A stretch of 12,713 nucleotides of DNA, taken from Archangiaceae bacterium. Its GTDB lineage: Bacteria > Myxococcota > Myxococcia > Myxococcales > Myxococcaceae. The position numbers and the translations under genes were made by a program. Where the stretch lies: the NCBI GenBank assembly GCA_043750125.1, contig JAYVCD010000361.1:1-12713 (forward strand), in the 5' to 3' direction. This document shows, piece after piece, positions 7,671 to 12,713 of the stretch; positions within the stretch are counted from its first letter, which is position 1, and each line of letters opens with the position of its first letter. The notes beneath the pieces are model-generated. The model had not been told where the DNA came from, did no database searches, and saw only the letters and a program-made list of their open reading frames with translations.

Positions 7671-8723
7671 ATGAACCGATACAACCTGCTCTTTGTCCCG
7701 CTGGTCCTGATGGGATGTTCCCTCTCACAGCCGCCGGCCGGCGCAGCGCGAAGGGTGACCGGTCAGCTTTCCTCAGCGACGCTGTCCCGACTGGACAACC
7801 CGGCGATCGTGCTGCGCACCGCCGATGGCGAACGACGCGTGGTTCACGTCGCGCGGACCGGAGAGTTCAAGCTCGACGTTCCCGTGGGAAAGAGCTGCCA
7901 TCTGAGCGTGGCCTCGACCACCGCTTCGGGTGGGTTGCGCGAAGACTCGACGATCAACTGGCCGCACCGGTGGGGCCGTGTCGACCCCGGGGCCCCGATT
8001 GCGCTCGGGGTGGTTCGCCCGCGCGGACAGTCCTCGAGCGCCTCCAAGCGTGAGCACGACGGCGAAGACGATGACGACGAGGGCCTCGACGGCGGACAGG
8101 ACGGCGACGAGTGCCGGGGCAGCGGCTCTGCAGAAGCAGACCTTCCCTACGACGCGAAGCTTCCCCTCGCGGCCACCTACAAGCTGACCGACTCGTTTCT
8201 CGAGAAGGGCCCGCTTCCCGCGAAGATTCTTTCGGTGACGATGGAAGGCGGCAGCTGGCGCCTGGCTGAGCTGGCGGCGAATACTTCTTTCACCATCACC
8301 CAGGCCGACTGCGCACACGCCGGCAACCGCGACGTGGGCCGGGACCGCATCGAAGTGAAGTGGCAGAACGCCGACGGGTCGATCGACAGCGATCACCTCG
8401 ACCTGCGCTACTGCGACGGCAACACCGCCCCTTCGGCGAATGCGATCGGCGCCGCTCCGGTGACCTCGGTTCCGTGCAACACCGTCGAGCTGTGTGAAGA
8501 GAATGACGGGGACGAGAGCGACTGTGACGCGAAGGATCAGGACGTAAACGAGAGCCTGCCCGGCAACGGCCCGGCGACCTGCGCGCCCCCGACGACTCCT
8601 GCGAATCCTCCCGCGCCGACTCCCCCCGGCCCCGGAAACACCAGCTCGCCCTGCACCACCAACGCCGATTGCCGCACCGGACTGAGCTGCTTCCAGTCGA
8701 AGTGCATCGCGCCGGTGAACTGA
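7671..8723 (+). CDS. Cys-rich, acidic lipoprotein of unknown function
   Basis: MNRYNLLFVPLVLMGC lipobox from ATG 7671; acidic tract (EHDGEDDDDEG), Pro-rich linker, terminal CTTNADCRTGLSCFQSKC module; GC3-rich codons. Confidence 0.8.
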   Translation: MNRYNLLFVPLVLMGCSLSQPPAGAARRVTGQLSSATLSRLDNPAIVLRTADGERRVVHVARTGEFKLDVPVGKSCHLSVASTTASGGLREDSTINWPHRWGRVDPGAPIALGVVRPRGQSSSASKREHDGEDDDDEGLDGGQDGDECRGSGSAEADLPYDAKLPLAATYKLTDSFLEKGPLPAKILSVTMEGGSWRLAELAANTSFTITQADCAHAGNRDVGRDRIEVKWQNADGSIDSDHLDLRYCDGNTAPSANAIGAAPVTSVPCNTVELCEENDGDESDCDAKDQDVNESLPGNGPATCAPPTTPANPPAPTPPGPGNTSSPCTTNADCRTGLSCFQSKCIAPVN

Positions 8724-8735
8724 GCTTTTTTTGCA

Positions 8736-8774
8736 TCGATGAGGCCCGGCTCGTTACCGCCTGGGCCTCATCGA
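8736..8774. repeat. 12-bp perfect inverted repeat (stem-loop)
   Basis: TCGATGAGGCCC (8736-8747) / GGGCCTCATCGA (8763-8774), preceded by T7 at 8726-8732. Confidence 0.75.
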
Positions 8775-8921
8775 AGCGGTGTGCCTGGGGTGGGTTCTTG
8801 AATTCATCATCGGCAACCTCCTGACGGTGGAAAAGCCAGCGACCCCGGGGCCAGATTTCAGCGCCGGATGCGTCGCCAGGCGTTTGGGCTCATCGGGGTC
8901 GCCAAGTAGTCTGTCGAGCCC

Positions 8922-9698
8922 ATGGGCCTTCGGCACCTGAAGCGACTGGTGAAGCACGGCGGCTGGATCTCGATCGCGATCGCTTTGCTCGCCGCGGTGA
9001 CCTGGGTCGTCCCCGAGCCCGTGCTGCGCGGGGCGATCGATGTCGGGGGGAATTTTCTTCAGACCTTCGGTGGGATCTACGGAATCATCGTCGCCTTCGC
9101 GATCTACGTGACGTGGGGCGAGCACAACGACACCCAGGTGGCGATCGAGAAGGAAGCCGTGGCGTTGATCGAGCTGTACCGGGTGCTCGCCTGGTTCCCC
9201 AGCTGGACCGATCGCGGGCTGGTGCGCAAACACCTGCACCGGTACGCGCTGGCGGTCCCCAGGGCCCACCAACCCCACTCTTCGAACAACGAGCGCGAAG
9301 AGCACTCGGTGCTCGACCGGAACCTCGCTTCTTTCCTGAGCCATTCCCCCAGCTCACCCGGCGAAGAGCGCCTCTACCCCCACGCGCTGTCTTTGTTCCA
9401 CGGGCTGAACGAGGCGCGGGAACATCGGGTGACCGTCGCCAGCCTCAAGCTGCCCGAAGGCTTGCGCTGGTTCGTCTTCATCGGCGGCGCGATCTGCGTC
9501 GGGGTGCTCGAGCTGCTGTGGGTCGAGTCGTTCGTCATTCACGCGCTGCTGGTCGCCGGAATGACGTGGGTCATCGTCGCCGCCGCTTCGATCACCCTCG
9601 ATCTCGATGATCCGTACGACGGAGACTTCGTCGTCGACTGGGCCCGCTTTCACAAGACCGCCGACCTGATGGAACAAACGCTGTGCGACGGCGGCTGA
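8922..9698 (+). CDS. DUF4239 / bestrophin-like membrane protein
   Basis: Four hydrophobic segments; GGIYGIIVAFAIYVTW..EKEAVAL, LNEAREHR, LP..LRW, LDLDDPYDG pattern. Confidence 0.8.
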   Translation: MGLRHLKRLVKHGGWISIAIALLAAVTWVVPEPVLRGAIDVGGNFLQTFGGIYGIIVAFAIYVTWGEHNDTQVAIEKEAVALIELYRVLAWFPSWTDRGLVRKHLHRYALAVPRAHQPHSSNNEREEHSVLDRNLASFLSHSPSSPGEERLYPHALSLFHGLNEAREHRVTVASLKLPEGLRWFVFIGGAICVGVLELLWVESFVIHALLVAGMTWVIVAAASITLDLDDPYDGDFVVDWARFHKTADLMEQTLCDGG

Positions 9699-9705
9699 CC
9701 CAGCG

Positions 9706-10977
9706 CTACCCCCCGAAGGCCGGGCGCATCCACACCGCGCGCAGCAAGGGCAAGGTCCGATCTCCCAGCGTCTGGGTCCCCACCACCACCGCGACGACCT
9801 CGACCCGGGTGCCGACCGCGTAGTCCCCGCCCCGGGCCTTCTGGGTGGGCAAGAAGAGGAACACGCTGCGGGGGCCGATCTGCACCACTCCGATGTTCGC
9901 CGTGACCCCTTCGGTGACCACGCCTTCGATCACTGCCGCCTGCCCCACCAACGCTTCGACTTCGTCGAGCCTGGCCAGGTCCGCGCTGCCGACCGACAGC
10001 TTCAGCCGGGGCGAATAGCTGGAGACCGCCTCTTCGAAGCTGGTGACGTTCGGGCCCACGGGCAAGGCGCCGGGGTCTCCGCCTTCTCGGCGATGGGCGA
10101 CCTCGGCTTCGAGCGCCTTGCCTTCGTCGATCATCGCGTCGGGCCGCAGCAGCCTGCACGCCCGCACCCGCTCGAGCCGATTCATCAAAGCCCCGGTGCC
10201 CATCGCGCTCACGGCCGCGAGCTTCTCGTGCGCCAGTTGCCGGCACGCCGAGAACCCTTCGAGCACCTTGCGCGAGCTCTCGTCGAGCTCGACCTCTCGA
10301 CCGAAGAAGACGATTCGGTCCGCGCCCACGGTGGCGAACGCGCTCTCGTCGAACTCCACGACCGACCCGGCGATCCGTTTTCCCTCGGCGGTGGGCTTCT
10401 GCTCGCTCATCAACATCACCGGCCCCTCTACGTCGCGCTCGTTGCAGACGACCTCTCGCTGGGTGGCGACCTGCTCGACCTTCTTCACTTCGGTCTCGAC
10501 GCCCTGGCGCAGGTAGGCAATCGCGCCGACGACCAGCGCCGGGACCCCGATTGAAAAGGCCACGATGCTCCACCCCCGAACTTGAGTGCGCAGCGGGGCT
10601 CCGTACCGGCCTCCTCCATCGATGAACTCGCGGTTGGGCTCGTTCGACAACAGGGGCGAGACCCCGATCATGATCAACCCCGCCAGCGTGCCGACCAGGC
10701 CGGTCGACAGCGCGGGCCCTGCAGCCGTAGAGGTTCGTTCGGTGGTGTGTTCCTCGGCGTATTCCTCGACCACCTGGCTGCGACACAGATCGTGCCCCCG
10801 CAGCGCGACGAACAGCCTGGGCCACTTCGCCGTCACCTCGGCCCGCACCGCGCCCTCGGTCACCTGGTTGCGATCAAAAGTGCGAAGCAGCGGCCCGCGC
10901 TCGACCCGGGTGGTGGATTCGAGGCTGGTGCACCCGCTCACCACGGCCAGGGCCAACCCGAGGACGGCGCGCTTCAC
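9706..10977 (-). CDS. Hypothetical lipoprotein with internal hydrophobic hairpin and possible C-terminal OB-fold
   Basis: GTG 10977 gives MKRAVLGLALAVVSGC (lipobox) and overlaps the upstream TGA (GTGA); two hydrophobic helices; beta-rich C-terminus. Confidence 0.75.
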   Translation of the reverse strand: MKRAVLGLALAVVSGCTSLESTTRVERGPLLRTFDRNQVTEGAVRAEVTAKWPRLFVALRGHDLCRSQVVEEYAEEHTTERTSTAAGPALSTGLVGTLAGLIMIGVSPLLSNEPNREFIDGGGRYGAPLRTQVRGWSIVAFSIGVPALVVGAIAYLRQGVETEVKKVEQVATQREVVCNERDVEGPVMLMSEQKPTAEGKRIAGSVVEFDESAFATVGADRIVFFGREVELDESSRKVLEGFSACRQLAHEKLAAVSAMGTGALMNRLERVRACRLLRPDAMIDEGKALEAEVAHRREGGDPGALPVGPNVTSFEEAVSSYSPRLKLSVGSADLARLDEVEALVGQAAVIEGVVTEGVTANIGVVQIGPRSVFLFLPTQKARGGDYAVGTRVEVVAVVVGTQTLGDRTLPLLRAVWMRPAFGG

Positions 10978-11330
10978 TGAATCCCCTGGATCATTCTCAC
11001 CACGTCCGGATAGCGCTCGAACGCGTCGGCCACGTCGTCGCAGTTGGGGTGGGTCTCTGAGTTCTCGCCCGAGCTCAACAAGCCCAACCGGGCCGTGAGG
11101 AACCGCCCTCGCGTCGGGGTGGTGAAGACGAAAGAATCCGAGATGCAACCGGACTTCGTCTGCAGCGTGGCCTCGCACGAGGTCCCCGCGGTGAAGAGCG
11201 GAACCACCGGGGCACAGACGGGAGCGATGCACACCCGATGGATGTAGTCGCGACACAGCGCTGGATCTGGCGCTTCGGGTCCCTGACAGCCGCACAACGC
11301 CAGGACGATCATCGAGGTCGCAACTCGCAC
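10974..11330 (-). CDS. Small Cys-rich lipoprotein (about 118 aa)
   Basis: GTG 11330 (or ATG 11312) gives MRVATSMIVLALCGC lipobox; six further Cys; stop overlaps the next start. Confidence 0.75.
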   Translation of the reverse strand: MRVATSMIVLALCGCQGPEAPDPALCRDYIHRVCIAPVCAPVVPLFTAGTSCEATLQTKSGCISDSFVFTTPTRGRFLTARLGLLSSGENSETHPNCDDVADAFERYPDVVRMIQGIQ

Positions 11331-11360
11331 GGGGGCGGATGTTAACGCTATGAGGCGCCA

Positions 11361-12215
11361 ATGGCCTGGATGTCCTTGAGTCTCGACGTGAAGAAAACGG
11401 CTGCCGAGGCAGCGCAGGAACTGCTGACCGAGTGCGGGGCGGCGGGGCTGGAACTGCGGGACGGCGAGGGCGGAATGCCCAATGTCCGAAAGCCCGAGCC
11501 CGGCGAGGCGATCGTGATCGGCTTTTTTGCCAAGCGCGCAGCGGCCACCGCGGCGCTGAAGAGAGCCAAGGCCGTGCTCAAGCCGCGCCATGCCGAGCTG
11601 GAAGAAGTGGTCGACAAAGACTGGAGCGAAGAGTGGAAGCGGTTGATTCGCCCGGTCACCGTGGGCCGACTGTGGGTCGGGCCTCCGTGGGAAGTGCCTC
11701 CGAAGGGAAAGGTCTGTCTGTTCATCGAGCCGAAGATGGCCTTTGGCACCGGAGACCACCCCACCACCTCGCTGTGCCTGGCCGCGGTCGACGATTTTCT
11801 GGGCAGCCACCCGGGCGCTTCGGTGCTGGACGTAGGCACCGGGACCGGAGTGCTGGCGTTTGCCGCCAAGAAGCTCGGCGCAGCTCGGGTGGTCGGCACC
11901 GACAATGACCCCATCGCGGTCGAGCTCGCGCTGGAATGCGCCGCCGAGAACGGGATTGAAGGGGTCGAGCTGTCAGGGAAGTCGATCGAAGGGATCAAGG
12001 GCCAGTTCGACCTGGTCCTGGCCAACATCCTGGCCAACACCCTGGTCGCGCTCGCGGGGGCGCTGTCGTCGAAGGTGAAGAAGCGCCTGGTGCTCGCCGG
12101 AGTCCTGGTACCCCAGGCCGACGAAGTCACCGCCGCGTTCGTCGCCGAAGGAATGAAGCCCGTGGGCCGCACGGTTCAAGGCGAGTGGATTCGCCTCGAC
12201 TTCGAGCGACCATGA
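11361..12215 (+). CDS. prmA: 50S ribosomal protein L11 methyltransferase
   Basis: DWSEEWK, PPWE, IEPKMAFGTGDHPTT, VLDVGTGTGVLA, DLVLANILA. Confidence 0.97.
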   Translation: MAWMSLSLDVKKTAAEAAQELLTECGAAGLELRDGEGGMPNVRKPEPGEAIVIGFFAKRAAATAALKRAKAVLKPRHAELEEVVDKDWSEEWKRLIRPVTVGRLWVGPPWEVPPKGKVCLFIEPKMAFGTGDHPTTSLCLAAVDDFLGSHPGASVLDVGTGTGVLAFAAKKLGAARVVGTDNDPIAVELALECAAENGIEGVELSGKSIEGIKGQFDLVLANILANTLVALAGALSSKVKKRLVLAGVLVPQADEVTAAFVAEGMKPVGRTVQGEWIRLDFERP

Positions 12216-12713
12216 GAAGGCTGCACCTTCCCACTGCCGCGGCGGGGCCCCTGCGGCTGGAAGGTCCGCGCTTCCACCACCTGGTCCGCGTGCTGCGGGC
12301 GCGAGCGGGCGAGGTGCTGGAAATCTTCGATGGGCGAGGCACGGTGTTTTCCGCGCAGGTCGACGAAGTGGGGGCGCAGGGGGCGAGCCTGACGCTGGGG
12401 CCGGGCATTCCCCAGGGCGCGGCGAGGGCCATCACCATCGTGCAGGGGTTGCCGAAGTCCGAGAAGCTCGAGTGGGTGCTGCAGAAGTGCACCGAGCTCG
12501 GAGCGGCTGCGTTTTTCCCGGTTTTCTGCGAGCGCACGGTGGTCAAGCCCAGCGGCCGCGAAGAGGCCAAAGTGCTGCGGTGGCAGCGCATCGTCGAAGA
12601 AGCCGCCCGACAGTCGGGACGTGCCGACGTCCCGACGGTTCATCCTCCCCAGCCGCTGCTCGAAGCGGTGCGGGCGCTGTCCGGGGCACGGGTGCTGGTG
12701 CTGGATGAAGAAG
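12212..12713 (+). CDS. rsmE: 16S rRNA m3U1498 methyltransferase (3' truncated by the window)
   Basis: Not in the ORF track. ATGA overlap with prmA; translation includes HHLVRVLR, IFDGRG, QGLPKSEKLEWVLQKCTELG, RWQRIVEEAARQSGR. Confidence 0.96.
   Translation, partial: MRRLHLPTAAAGPLRLEGPRFHHLVRVLRARAGEVLEIFDGRGTVFSAQVDEVGAQGASLTLGPGIPQGAARAITIVQGLPKSEKLEWVLQKCTELGAAAFFPVFCERTVVKPSGREEAKVLRWQRIVEEAARQSGRADVPTVHPPQPLLEAVRALSGARVLVLDEE

Noticed and set aside
10978-11810. Long upstream extensions of the 551-aa and 278-aa minus ORFs
   Set aside because: They overlap each other and prmA; lipobox-bearing starts at 10977 and 11330 explain both genes.
1-12713. CRISPR arrays, tRNA/rRNA genes, transposases or integrases
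   Set aside because: None recognisable; intergenic gaps are short and no regularly spaced repeats were seen.

Overview
High-GC bacterial window whose gene content suggests Myxococcota: an Hanks-type Ser/Thr kinase, an FHA-sigma54 activator and Cys-rich lipoproteins. The left edge (1-409, minus strand) holds an ORF absent from the supplied track, about 52% GC by hand count and running off the window. It reads like the N-terminus of a defence-associated 'unknown group' reverse transcriptase (UG1/DRT1-like RT-nitrilase class) and abuts a decapitated host-type gene remnant. Next come a divergent tautomerase / NADPH-quinone oxidoreductase pair, an outer-membrane beta-barrel with an internal CxxCH motif coupled to a diheme cytochrome c, and a cupredoxin lipoprotein plus Ser/Thr kinase-FGE operon divergent from an FHA-sigma54 activator. 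After these are a sigma54-promoter-preceded Cys-rich lipoprotein, a DUF4239-like membrane protein, two coupled lipoproteins and the housekeeping pair prmA-rsmE (rsmE truncated at the right edge). The most interesting items are the edge RT and the CxxCH-barrel/diheme cytochrome pair. All family assignments come from motif recognition by eye; no searches were run.
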